Positions 23,201 to 35,322 of a stretch of DNA of 64,000 nucleotides are shown piece after piece (within the stretch, counting starts at the first letter, position 1; each line of letters opens with the position of its first letter). Below the pieces are notes generated by a model. The model was not told the DNA's origin and ran no database searches. It saw nothing but the letters and a program-made list of their open reading frames with translations. A program made the position numbers and the translations under genes. The stretch is from Malacoraja senta (Eukaryota), in assembly GCA_038087875.1 (NCBI GenBank), contig CM075987.1:19532001-19596000 (forward strand), given 5' to 3'.

Positions 23201-26200
23201 CATTACATGTGTAGCAGGTTATTCTCCTTGATACCAGTCAGGCATCAGAAATGACACTCTGATCATCAAACATAGCCAATTTATCAGTATATGAAGCTTA
23301 TCTGTCCTGCCTAACTCATAGGCACCAATCTGTATTATTGCTTCTCCCAATGTAAGGGTGGGTGGCCTCAATGTGTTATGAAATTAAAAAAATAAAATAA
23401 CATTTATTTTCATCAATGCTACATATATTGCTTATAATAAATTGGCTCATTTTCTAGCACTGTGATAGTCCCTCATGAATGATTTTCAATAATTGCATTA
23501 AATCTAGCATAAGGAAAGTCTTGTTAAGTGTTGGCACTATAACTTTTTATGATTAAGACCTATCAATTGACCAAAACAAAATTGATGACATATTTGTCAA
23601 TTCCTCAATGAGTATGCTACCAAGTTATCTGCACTGAGGATTTAGTGCTCAAAGTTCAGTTGGGTGGGATATCCCAGGCAGCCTCGTTTGTTTTATCTTC
23701 TGTAATCTTATGACCACCCAGCTAATCACACCAAGTCACTTTTGGGGCATCTTTCCCAATGTATGATTTCAATTGCTTTGTTTGAGAACACTCCTCTCAA
23801 ATGCCTTAGGACTTTTATACTACGTTAAAAAGGCACATTATAATGAAGCTATTGTGATGACATGCAGGAGAAGATTAGAAGCAAATAATCAGTATTGTTT
23901 TAATTTATATAATAAAACATTAAATACAAAGAACTGATTTTCATGCACCACTTTAATCTGAAGGTTTGGAGTTTGTTTAACTACTTATATTTTTTCTTAT
24001 GCATTCACCAAAAGTCTACAATTAGATTAAAACCATAATTCACGGTGATCCTTTATTTTATAAAGAAACTTTTTAAACTGCATGATTAAAACACAGCATT
24101 CACCATGCACCAAATTTCCATCATTTCATTTATAATCCTTCTGAACACCTTAATTAAAATGCATAACTGACTACTGATATCCAATACTCTCTATGCTCCC
24201 CTTCACGTTTTGATTCTTTAACTGCGAGGAGCATTGCCCCACACAAAATATCCCATCTAGCAATTTAAAATGTATCCATACTCTGATGTTACCTTATAGT
24301 GGCTGAGATATTCAGGGTGAGGGAAGTGCAAAGTGGAGATAAACTGATGAACATATGCACTCTGCATTCCATTTGTGTAAATGTTCTCAGCTATTATTTT
24401 ACTAATTAGGTTTTTGCCTGTCCCGGTCCAGCCATGTAGAGACAATGCTAGAGGTTTTTTAGGGTTTGGATTTGTGAAGAAACCATTGACAGCCTTCAAA
24501 ACAACTTGCTTGGCAATATGTTGTCCAAATAGTTTGTTATCCAAGTCCATCTTCAAACCTGGTTATGGAAATAAAAGGTTTAGATTATCACACAAAGAAC
24601 AAAATTCTTTAAAATGCAGAGTTTAACTGTTACACACATTTTCCACATTTTTAGTGCAGAGCTGAAGGGATGTTAACCATTTGGAGATATTGCCTCTCCA
24701 TCAGTACATAAAGCAGGGCTCGAAATTATCGGTTGCCCGGGTGCCATTGACCACCCAAAGTGCCGCCGGGCAACCTAAACGCAGTCATTTTGCCCGGCTT
24801 GGCACGCAAATACTGGTTTATGCCGATAAACATAAAAAAAACTGGAGTAACTCAGCGGGTCAGGCAGCATCTCTGGCGAATAGGAACGTGACGTTTCGTG
24901 CCGGCGCCGGCTGTCGTGCGGGGCAAAGATACTAGGAGCGTGGTGACGAAGGGTCGGAGCGAATGACGGGCCCCGAACAGCGGCAGCAGCGACCGCGATA
25001 GCGGCTCCACCGCCTCCTCCTCCCGCACCCCGCCCGGCGGAAGGAGGCCTCCCTCTCCCTCCTCCCAGCATCGACGTGTGAGAGGGGATGTTTTGAAAGC
25101 GCCATTGGCGGATTTGCAAGCAGCGGCCGTTATCGCCCTGATAACGGCCGCTGCTTGCAAATCCACTAACGGCGCTTTCAAAACAACCCCTCTCGCACGC
25201 TGAGGCCGGGAGGAGGGAGGGAGAGGGAGGCAGGCGGAGGCCTCCTTCAGCCGTCTGAAGCAGTTGCACCAAAGATCCTATAGCTATAGGATCTTTGAGC
25301 TGCACCGCTGGGCCCCGCACCTTGTGTTGGCTGGCAGGGGAGGGGAGGAGGTGGCGAGGAGATCCCAACCGCCACCCCCTTTGGCGGCGGCACTTTGGCG
25401 TTGGACAGGGACAGCCAAGGCAGCGGGGCGATGTTGTCTGAGGAGCGCTGACCTTCCTTCCTCCCCACCTCCTCTGCCGCTTCCCCCCCCCCCTCTCTCT
25501 TGTACACCCCCCTCCACCCCTCTTATCCTGGGACCCCTCCTCTCCATCCCGCACTGATCCCCATTCCCTCCTCTATTCAGTCCTCACTGACATCCCCTGT
25601 GCACCCATCCCCATCTACCCCCCCCCATCTATTCATCACCCTATCCTCGCATTGATTCTCCTGCCACCCCCCATCCATCCTGTGCTGACCCCCCTTCCCA
25701 TCCATCCTGCACTTCCCCCCCCATTCATACTGCACTGATCCTCCCATTCATCCAGTACTGACCCACCCTCCATTTATCCTGCACCAATCCCCCCATCCAT
25801 CCTCTACTGATCCCCTCATTCATCCTGTAGTGATCCCCCATTCATCCTGCACAGACCCTCCGATCCACATTGTCCTGACCACCCCCCCCATTCATCCTGA
25901 ACTGACCCCCCCATTCATCCTGTACTGATCCCCCCATTCAAGAAGAATGGGGGTAACAGTCTGAAGAAGGGTCTCGACCCGAAACGTTGCCTATTTCCTT
26001 CGCTCCATAGATGCTGCCTCACCCGCTGAGTTTCTCCAGCATTTTTGTCTACCCCATTCATCCTGTACTGATCCCCCTCCCCCCATTCATCCCGTACTGA
26101 TTCAACCCCCCCATTTCAACACCACTGACATCCCCCATCCATTCCGCACCGATTGCCTTCTCAACCCCCCCCCCCCCGCCATCTATCCACCCCACATTGA

Positions 26201-29200
26201 TTCACACCCCCCCCCCTCCCTGGCCCTATTGTGCTTCATGGTCTTCAGAGCGAACATTGACCATGTTTGATAACGGAATGCAATCAAATGTGTTTTAATT
26301 CCCAATGTTATTATTTGTTTTGACACCTTTATACATATTACCAAAAGAACAGTTGCGGCAGTTATGTCCTTTGGCCATCTCTTGTCAGTTAGTGTAATGT
26401 TTAACCTGTCAGATGGGTATAGTCGGCTTTAACAGCTATTATCAAAAAATGCCTTTAGAAATTTCCTTGCAACCTGTATATTTTGTTATGGATAAATTAT
26501 GTGGGAAGCGAGAGTGTTTCTGTACCAATAGCAATAACGACCTATGCTAAGGCCATGTCATGATAATTTTTGGTCCTTCTTAGAAAACGTGCTTGCATCA
26601 ATCAATCTGTAGTGTGCATGGTTAAGCATATATGTTACCATGGTCCAGGATTTATTGACACAGGTTGATCATATGCTGAATAGTCCAACCACATTTTTGT
26701 TTGGAAGTGGAAAAAACTAATAGAAATTGCATTAATTGCAATGTGTAAAAAGAGTTGAGATATTGTATTATAATTTTGCTGCATGTCATTGTGGTATATA
26801 TCATGTCTTGATTGGTGAATATGTTTAGGTTGTGAGTTATTTGAAGCAGAAATAATATGTGAATGTAGACAAAAGTGCTGGAGAAACTCAGCTCATGCAG
26901 CAGCATCTATGGAGCGAAGGAAATTGGCAACGTTTCGGGCCGAAATCCTTCTTCAGACTGATGGGTTTCGGCCTGAAACGTTGCCTATTTCCTTCGCTCC
27001 ATAGATGATGCTGCACCTGCTGGGTTTCTCCAGCACTTTTGTCTACCTTTGATTTTCCAGCATCTGCAGTTCCATCTTGAACATAATATGTGAATGCTTC
27101 ATTGAACATAATTCCGACTGGTAACTACACATTTCGTCTGAGCACATTATCGCACGCGTCATGCAAACCATCTTAAATGACCACCTAAACTGTCATTTGG
27201 CAACCTAAAAAGCCGGCTGGCAACAGGGAAAAAAAAGTTAAGTGAGAGCCCTGTAAAGTGGAGTACTTTGCTTTCTAATGTGGACATCACAGATTCCAAA
27301 GCATGAGGAAAGGGGGAATTATCCCTTGTGTCCTGGCCAATGTCTACCCTTAAGCAATGATCGAGTTATGTTGCTCTTTGGTGCATATTTACTCTACACA
27401 AATTGGCTGGCATATGAAGCAGGTTTATAATAGAGGCTATACTTCATTGGTTGATGAACCACTTTGAGATAGCCCAAGTATAATTTTCCAGCGATTCAAT
27501 GCTTAAAAATGAAAGCACCCTATTAATGTGAAGTGCTTCGGTCTGAGTACAGTTCAATAAAAAAACAATCAATACCCCACCCCATAAGAGTGAAAATGTC
27601 TAAATTCTGACCTCGGACTGTTTCTGTGCTCAGTTACACATCTGCCATTCCTTAACAATGTCTTAAATGTGCTTCTTTTCTTACCCTGTAAATGTTTTTG
27701 ACATTCTTAACGACACAAAGACTGCCTACTTCCATCCTTGTTTCATCATCTGTCCTACTTCATCTAATATCCTCAGGAAAACCTCATTCATTTATTTGTG
27801 TCACTCCAGATTCCAGTCCAGGCAAGTCCTGGCAAGTCTTCTATCCCCATATCTGGAATCTTCAATGCAGGCAGATTCCTGCTGCTCGGTTGTGACAGGA
27901 ATCAGTGTTGGCCCTCCATAATTTATATTACAAATTAGATTAAGAGACTGTATGAAGCTAAAACAAAATATGCGAGTAAAGAATAGAACAACATGTTGAT
28001 TGGTTTAGAAGTTTATCGATAATACTGATAGAGGTGGATGTTTCATGTAAAGATGAGTTCAAAATCATGATAGATGTGGACAAATTACATGACTTGGAAG
28101 CAGGGGGGAAAGGGAATTCATTCCCTTTGATAGGAGATATAAAAACAAAATTTTTTAACATTGAGATTGGTAAATAGTGATGTACAGTGTAATCTTGACA
28201 CGTTGGTTCATGTAAATGTGTAAATAAATGTAAATAAGTGAGTACCAGCAATTGGGAAAGCAAATGATTTGAACATCTTAATTGCAGAGTTTTTAGTATT
28301 AGTTTTAGAGATACAGCGTATTTTGGTCCACCAAGTCCATGTTGACCATCAATCACCTGTACACTAGTTTTATGTTACCCCACTTTTGCATCCTACACTA
28401 TAGGGGCAATTTCCAGAAGCCAATTAACCTACAAACCGGCACGTCTTTCGAATGTGGGAGGAAACCGAAGCACCCGGAGAAAACTCATGCAGTCGCAGGG
28501 CGAACACGCAAACTCCAACAGGCAACAACCACAGGGTGTGGAAGTGCAATCTCATTTTAGAATGACTGATAACTAGAACCACCGTGTCAGACAAATAAAT
28601 TAGGATCACAGCCAGAACGTAGCAATTGGACAGGCGCATGGATTTGCAGGGAATGGAGGGATATGGGTTAAGTGCAGGCAGAGATTAATTTAACCCAGCA
28701 TCTATGTTCAGCACCGATATTGTGGGCTGTAGGGCCTGTTCTTGTGCTGTATTGTTCTATGTTCTGTGAGTGTTGGAGGTCATGAGAGACTAATAAAAGT
28801 ATATCAAATTATGAGAGGCTTCCTGTGGTGTACTGTTTTATCTATTTATTACATTATTATAGAAAGAACACTATTTCAATGACCACTTTACACTCTCCAT
28901 CCATCAAAAGAGACAAATAAAGTTAAGATTAAAAAATCAATTGCTTCTCCTTATTATTTAGGGCCAAGTTAATACTGGCTTATTACTGGATTTATATCCA
29001 AATCTGAATTTGCATTGTAATTCCCATCAGCAAATATGTGTTGTGCATTGTTCATTGTCACAACTACCATGGAGAGAGCAGACGTGTTGCAAGGTGGCCT
29101 GTGCAATCTGCATGCAAAAGTCCTGTGGATGCAGCACAAATAAATAGCCGATGTATGTTAACATGGCGGTGAGATGTCACGACTATTTACCTGTCAGGTT

Positions 29201-29383
29201 GAGTTTCACCCACTCGTCCTCACAACACTCCTGGAACTTGCAGTACAGTTTGGGGAAGGTGGTGAGGAGGCCGGTCAGGGCGGTGGCCACGCCGAATGCG
29301 ATGCCCATACTGATGGGCTCCATGGCCGCCAGAAAAGGGGTGGACAAGAGCATGAGCAGCACAGCCCGGACCATCACCTTCAT
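17006..29383 (-). CDS. TOR1A: Torsin-1A-like ER/nuclear-envelope AAA+ ATPase, complete 5-exon gene, 335 aa: join(29383-29191, 24558-24293, 22426-22251, 20578-20451, 17250-17006)
   Basis: Signal peptide and hydrophobic NTD; Walker A GWTGTGKN; Walker B FIFDEMDK; sensor 1 FLSNAG; sensor 2 SDKGCKTV. Exons of 193/266/176/128/245 nt, all GT-AG, frame intact. TOR1A versus TOR1B is judged from motifs only. Confidence 0.93.
18130..19520 (+). mobile_element. 5'-truncated L1-clade LINE in torsin intron 4, antisense to the gene, 14-bp TSD
   Basis: Open ORF2 C-terminus ([14 protein letters not shown]...HSFVFC); T-rich 3' UTR, AATAAA and A tail; TSD acaatgttcaaaaa at 18116-18129 and 19521-19534. Confidence 0.9.
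19570..19830 (-). mobile_element. tRNA-derived SINE; related copies at ~28300-28520 (-) and ~55115-55380 (+)
   Basis: Minus strand has ggcggcacagtggcgcag (A box) and gggtttgatcc (B box), with a (ctaaa)n tail. Confidence 0.7.
19940..20360 (+). mobile_element. L2 LINE 3' fragment
   Basis: [18 protein letters not shown]...[17 protein letters not shown]...[10 protein letters not shown]; aaagcgctatataaat plus (att)n tail. Confidence 0.85.
20451..20578 (-). CDS. TOR1A: Torsin exon 4 (128 nt; absent from the ORF track)
   Basis: CAG|C AAT GCC GGT encodes [42 protein letters not shown]; donor GTAAGT. Confidence 0.95.
22251..22426 (-). CDS. TOR1A: Torsin exon 3 (176 nt)
   Basis: [67 protein letters not shown]. 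Confidence 0.95.
24293..24558 (-). CDS. TOR1A: Torsin exon 2 (266 nt)
   Basis: CAG|..[13 protein letters not shown]...[12 protein letters not shown]...[17 protein letters not shown]. Confidence 0.95.
25047..25231. repeat. Long GC-rich inverted repeat (arms ~90 bp, 5-nt loop)
   Basis: Perfect 25-bp core ggatttgcaagcagcggccgttatc / gataacggccgctgcttgcaaatcc around loop gccct (25135-25139). Confidence 0.9.
25270..25297. mobile_element. 28-bp palindromic excision footprint of the CAAAGATCC-TIR element
   Basis: caaagatcctatag+ctataggatctttg flanked by agttgcac / agctgcac (8-bp TSD, 1 mismatch). Confidence 0.85.
25550..26150. repeat. Degenerate C-rich minisatellite (unit ~23-24 bp, cccccattcatcctgtactgat), interrupted by a SINE-like piece at ~25955-26050
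   Basis: Many variant copies of ccattcatcctg..ctga. Confidence 0.8.
29191..29383 (-). CDS. TOR1A: Torsin exon 1 (193 nt)
   Basis: [70 protein letters not shown]. Confidence 0.92.
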
Positions 29384-29399
29384 GTTTTCGGTTTCCTGG

Positions 29400-29530
29400 C
29401 GTCCGCCCCCAAACAGGCGACGAGGCACAAGACCCCGCCTCAGCGCAGCGGCCAGCGAACCCTGACAACCCGGCGGAAGAGCAGGCGTCGTCACATCCGC
29501 CCCTCTGACCTTTCCCCCCCAACCCTCAGC
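29400..29530 (-). promoter_or_regulatory. Putative CpG-rich torsin promoter and 5' UTR
   Basis: GC boxes (ccgccc), ETS-like cggaag and a CRE half-site cgtca just upstream of the ATG; conserved at 2080-2210. Confidence 0.45.
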
Positions 29531-30591
29531 CAGACATGTTTGTGAGGGGCATCCACACAGGCAGGAATATGGTGCTGACAACAGTCAACTGGTCCCTCGC
29601 ACTCACTCTCTCTCTGTCTCATTTTCTGGAGAGTTGGAACTATTCAGCAAGTCCAGCAGCATTTGTGATGAGAAGGAAAAAAAACGAATACGTCTTGGAA
29701 CGAATACAATTAAGATTATAGAACCCCATCTAATCCAATCAACATATTGTTCTATTCCCTACTCACCTATTTATTTTCGTTTCATTTTACGTGAATCTAC
29801 TAATAATATGACAATTTTCTGGATGTGTTAACTGTTATCTTCGATCTGTTCCCCGTAGTTTTAGACACATCCATATTTGTCCCCCTTGCAGAATTTATTT
29901 CTGGGGGGAGTCTCCAAATATACAAGGGTGGAAGATTCTTCCCAGTTTTGATTTGTGCTCAGAATCGTAATGCCTTGATGATTCAGGCACACGTCAAACG
30001 CAGGACAATTTTTTTGGACTTGAAATAAGATCTCCGAGGAAAAAACCCCAGAGGATGCACAAAGTCCTCAAAAGCATTTCAATACTCATGTTTTTGGCAA
30101 AATCTGGAAATATAAAACCTGTTATATGTTATAAAACATTGGGCAGCGGGTTCAATGGTTTTCAAAAGTGAATTGATTAAGTACTTCATACAAAAGATTA
30201 CATAGGTCTGGGAAGGAAAAGTGGGTGGAAGAAGCTGAAAAGAGATATTACAAGAGACATGAACACGATGGAATAAAAATAAGGCGCAAGTCGGGAGCAT
30301 GATGGAATACTCCCTACTTGCCTTAAATCAGTGCAGCTCTTAATTCCATCCATTACTAAATACTAATTTCCTCACTATCTGTATGTTCTTTCTATACAAT
30401 GCACAGCACTTGATTTGGCTGCTCCACTAACATTTTGGTGCAGAAGAGGTTTACCACAATTTTGCTTGCATTATAGAGGGTATTAGCTATAAGGTTGGAC
30501 AAACTTGGATTGTTTTCTCTGGAATGTAAGAGTTTGAAGGGGAACCTGACTAGGGTTGTCAACTGTCCCGTTATAGCCGGGACATCCCGTA

Positions 30592-33500
30592 TGTAAAGAA
30601 GTTAAGTCTGACTCACTTGTAGCTTTACTTAACGTTTAATGATAACACAGGTTAAACACGTTCCAGCACTAACTGCACCCAGTCTGTCATCATGCTGGAA
30701 CCAGGGAGGAGCATGAGAGAGAGAGAGAGTTCTTATACTTGATAACTGAGGCGTGGTTAGCAGTACTGAGGTAGCTATGTTATTGGTTGCATGCATAAAC
30801 CATCTACAACCTTCCCCTTAGAAATCAAATACAATTGGAGCCGAGGCGGCGTCATTACACTAAGCATGCGAGTTTAAACAAAGTCACCGTAGCGGACAGG
30901 TGGCTTAACAATGCGACCCGAACGCGTGCGTACAGCGCCTTCCTCCCCCCCCCCATCGGTAAGAAGAGAAGGCGTAGCGGAGGCAGGCAAAAATGTTAAG
31001 GGAGGAGGAGACGCAGTCGGAGCTGGAGAGACAGGAGGAGGAGAACGTGCAGGAGGTGAAGCAACCCGGCCAAAACCTGGCGGCAATGGAGGAGGAGAAC
31101 GCAATAAGCGAGGGGACTGGGGCATGCAGGGAGCAGCAGGGTGATCGGCAGCAGCAGGCGGGAACCGCAACGGAGGAGCATAAGGAGCCGCAGGTGGAGG
31201 CTTCGGCTCGTTCACAGCCAACAGGTGTTGATGGCTCCGCCGATAGACAGTCCCATCGAAATCTACCAGGTAGGATCTTGGAGAGTCGTCCACACCAACC
31301 ACGGTCGCGAGGCGGGAATAGCCGGTGGTTGTCCGCATCCGAACGACCTGCCCGGGTAGTAGAGGCAGCAGAGGTCGGCAGGACCTGTCGTGGGAACGTC
31401 GTTGAACCTCATGCTTCTGTTCGATCCGCTGTTGGACAGTGGCAGGATTGAGCACTTTGGGTAGCAGGGACTGCTGGACGATGGGCATAGGTGGTCTTGT
31501 CATCCTTGACATCAGACGCTGGGCAGGGGAACCCATGGTCGGGTCCCGGGAGATGTTACGTAGGTTGAGTAAGCCCAGGTAGAAATCGCAGTTAGACAGG
31601 CGGGACTGCTCCAGCAGACCCTTAGCACTCCGCACGGCCCGTTCGGCCAGGCCGTTACTCTGAGGGTACTCAGGGCTGCTGGTGTAGTGATGGAAGTTCC
31701 ACCTGGCAGCGAAAGCTTTGAACTCGGCACTTGTAAATTGCCGGCCATTGTCAGTCTGCAAGCGGACAGGGGCACCGAAGGTGGCGAAGTGCTTACGCAG
31801 TTTGGTGATGACCATCTCGGAGGTGATGGAAGGAAGGAGGTCCACCTCGAACCAGTTGGAGTATGAGTCCACCAGGACGAGAAACTGCTTGCCCCGCCAT
31901 TCGAATATGTCGGCAGCCAGCGATGTCCAGGGCATGGTGGGCGCCGGCTGCTGCAAAAGAGGCTGACGCTGCTGGTGTGGGGCGAGGTTGTTGCAGGAGG
32001 AACAAGAGGACACTCGGTTCCTGATGTATTTGGCCATACCAGGCCAGTAGAATCGTCCCTGGGCATGAGAAACAGTGGCCTCGACCCCAGGATGACTGCT
32101 GTGGGCTGCGTTGTAGTATAGATCTACAGAGAGGCTGGGACCACGACCTTGTGGCCTTTGACGATAACCCCATCCTGGATCACCAGCTCATCGCGGACCA
32201 GGAAGAACGGTTGGGCACCCGATGGCAAAGTGGTGCGTCTGTCGGGCCACCCACGCTTGATGACGGCTGCCAGCTGCTGCAAAGCAGGGTCAGCGGCGGT
32301 GTGCTCGGTCAGGCACTGCAGCTGCTTGGTTGGTACAAAGTTGACGTTCAGTACCAAAAGGTCTTCCTGCTCGTAAGGGTGGCGGTCACAGGATGCCCGT
32401 GGGGCACGAGAAAGTGTATCAGCCACATGCATCTCCGTGCCCTTCTTGTATATGATTTCGAAATCAAAACGCTGGAGTTGCAGCATCATGCACTGTAGTC
32501 TGGCAGGGGCAACATGTATGGGCTTGTTTTCGACTGTGAATCTGCAGCCGAAGAGGAAGTCTTTGAATTTTGAACAAGCAAACACCACAGCCAGGAGCTG
32601 CTTCTCGATCTGAGCATACCGTTGCTCCGTGTCGGTCATTGTCCGCGAGGCATACGAGACCGGTAGTAGCGAGCCGTCGTTGTAGAGCTGCAGGCAAGCA
32701 GCACCCAGTCCGAAACGAGAGGCATTACAGGTAACAACAATGGGACGGCGCAGGTCGAAGAATTTGAGTGTCGGGGTGCTGGTCAGCTTAGACTTCAGAC
32801 ATTCGAAAGCCTGCTGGTGTTGTGGAAACCAGGACCAGGCAGTGTCTTTTTTAGTTAGCTGCCTCAGGGATGAGCTCAGATCACTGAGATTCGGTATAAA
32901 CTTCCCGAGGTAGTTGACCATGCCCAGGAATCGTTGCAGACTAAGGACGTCGGTTGGGGCTGGCATCTCGGAGATCGCAATAGTCTTTTGCGGGTCAGGC
33001 TTCAGTCCCTTAGAAGTGAAGATGTGCCCGACGTACGGCACTTCGGAGACGCGGAATCGGCATTTTTTTTCGTTCAGTTTTAAATTGATCTGCCGGGCCC
33101 GGTCCAGGACTCGGCGGAGGTTCTTGTCATGTTCGGCGGCATTCTCCCCGTAGACTAGGATGTCATCCACGATGATGGCGCACGGCATGCCAGCGAACAG
33201 CTGTTCCATGGATCGCTGAAACACCTCGCTAGCAGAGTTATTTCCAAATGGCATCCGTAGGAACTTGAATCTGCAATAAGGAGTGGCGAACATTGTCAGG
33301 TCGGAGGAGCGTCTATCGAGTGGTATTTGCCAGAAGGAACTTTTGGCATCAAGGACAGAGAATACCGTGGCCTGGCCGACTTGAGCTGCAACATCTTCCA
33401 CGGTTCTCATGGGGTAGTGTGGTCGCCTGATCGCGAGGTTCAGGTCCTTGGGATTAATGCACACCCGTATCTCGTTCTTGTCCTTTTTCAGGGTTGCAAC

Positions 33501-35322
33501 CATGGTGGAGACCCACTCGGTGGGCTCGCTAACTGCTTCCAGCACCCCCATTGCGACCATGCTCTTCAGCATCGATTCCACTTTATCCTTTAAAGCAAGG
33601 GATACTCTGTGTGGTGCACGGACCACTGGCACCACTTTAGGGTCGGTGGCGATCTTGTAGACGAGAGACGGTTTGCCCAGCTCATTATCGAACAGGTCCG
33701 GGTACTCAGATATCGGATCCATCAGCACCTGTACTTCACGGACAGTACGGTCGAAGGACACTAGTCCCAGGTCCTGGCATGCCTGGTTTCCCAACAGAGT
33801 CACACAGTCAGAGTCAAGAACATAGAACATGAGAGGCCGCGATGAATTTTTCAGCACACAATTAAAAGTGGCCTTCCCCACAGGTTTCAGCACCTCACCC
33901 CCATAAGCACGTAAAGTCGAACGATCTGCAGTCAGTAGCTCATTATGCCTAATCTTTCTGAACAGGCTTGTTGACATAACATTGACCTTTGCCCCCGTGT
34001 CGAGCTTAGCTGAGAAAGAACAGTTGTTGACAGTAACGAGGACCGATGGATCAGGGAGGCGAGCAGGTGCGTGTAGGAGTGTAAATACACTAGCATCTCC
34101 TTGAGGACTAATTGGCTCAGAGTCGTGGGCAGTGTCGAGAGAGGACTGGGAACCAAACTCGCTATCAACTTGTGCCAGGTTGTTTAATACTTGTCTAGAA
34201 GCTGGGGGTAAGTTCCCACGGGAACGGCAAACCGCCGCGAAGTGATTCAATTTCTTGCAGAAATTGCAGGATTTTCCGTAAGCCGGGCACTGCGACTGCA
34301 TCGAATGCACATAATTGCAATTAGGGCACCTTTTAACGACCAGTCCTCCGGGGACGTAGCTTGCACGTGGCGCAGGTCTAGTGTTGTCTATTTTAGGACG
34401 CGGTTTGTTGAGACCAGTTAAGTTGACCGATCGACCAACAGAGTCCCGTTGTCCGAACAGTGGGTCAACGACTTCAGCCAACCTGCATGCATGCATTGCG
34501 TCGGTCAGAGTAAGATCTGGCCTTCTCAATAGCTCCGATCACAGTTTCTGATCCAGCATACCTGTCACTAGAATGGCCCTGGTAAGCTGGTCAGTCATGT
34601 TTTCAAATCGGCACCTCTGGGCGAGATATCGCAGATCAGCAATAAAACATTCAACAGGTTCATCAGGCTGTTGCTTCCTCGTAAAAAACTTGGCTCGCTC
34701 TAAAATGCGGTTAGAGGGTAAGTCGCAAATTTCGGCAAACTTTCGCAGCAGAGATACCGGATCGTTGGCAGACTCCGCAGGTACTTGAACCTGATCGTTT
34801 TCATCCCGGACCGCTGGATCATAGGCGAAGGCTCGTGCTCTCCTCATGGCATCAGGACCAGCAAGGTTCAGTAGGAGAGAAGCTTTAACAATGTCGGGAT
34901 CGTTGCGATGAACGATATTAATGTAATCTGTGAAGTCCATTTCAAAAGTCGCCCAGCGCTCCGCTATGTCAGCATCAAAGACTAGGGGCGAGGGTTTGCG
35001 GCTCGAGGATGCCATGGCAAAAGGTACAAAACTCCGATAAAGCAACACTTTCAAAGAAATAAAACCCGATAAACAGGAGGCGCGCGTTTTAACTTGCTGA
35101 CACCATGTAAAGAAGTTAACTCTGACTCACTTGTAGCTTTACTTAACGTTTAATGATAACACAGGTTAAACACGTTCCAGCACTAACTGCACCCAGTCTG
35201 TCATCATGCTGGAACCAGGGAGGAGCAAGAGAGAGAGAGAGAGAGTTCTTATACTTAATAACTGAGGCATTAGTTAGTTAGTAGGTAGCTATATTATTGG
35301 TTGCATGCATAAACCATCTACA
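30592..35322 (-). mobile_element. Full-length Gypsy LTR retrotransposon (Mag-like), 4.7 kb
   Basis: LTRs 35106-35322 and 30592-30808 (TG..CA, 217 bp); 5-bp TSD ccgta; PBS tggtgtcag (tRNA-Leu-like) next to the 5' LTR; PPT aaggggaagg at 30810-30819. Confidence 0.95.
30874..35013 (-). pseudogene. gag-pol polyprotein (gag with two zinc knuckles, PR, RT, RH, IN), disrupted
   Basis: CPNCNYVH..CPAYGKSCNFCKKLNHFAAVC, LDTGA, IVDDIL, TDNG, PQSNGLAE; in-frame TGA at 34539-34541 (probably CGA>TGA) and frameshift(s) near 32040-32125. Confidence 0.9.

Larger units (their letters stand above)
24714..27253. mobile_element. Non-autonomous hAT-like element with a 5-bp TSD (hAT5-type) in torsin intron 1
   Basis: TIRs cagggctc / gagccctg; TSD taaag at 24709-24713 and 27254-27258; subterminal ggttgcc/ggcaacc motifs. 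Confidence 0.75.

Noticed and set aside
24775..25554. 259-aa GC-rich ORF, and similar ORFs at 37.8-38.8 kb
   Set aside because: These are low-complexity, stop-poor frames within non-autonomous TEs, crossing TE junctions.
34529..34541. Programmed gag-pol readthrough or frameshift in the Mag-type element
   Set aside because: The TGA lies in the middle of gag, before the zinc knuckles, in a CGA>TGA context; it is best read as a nonsense mutation.
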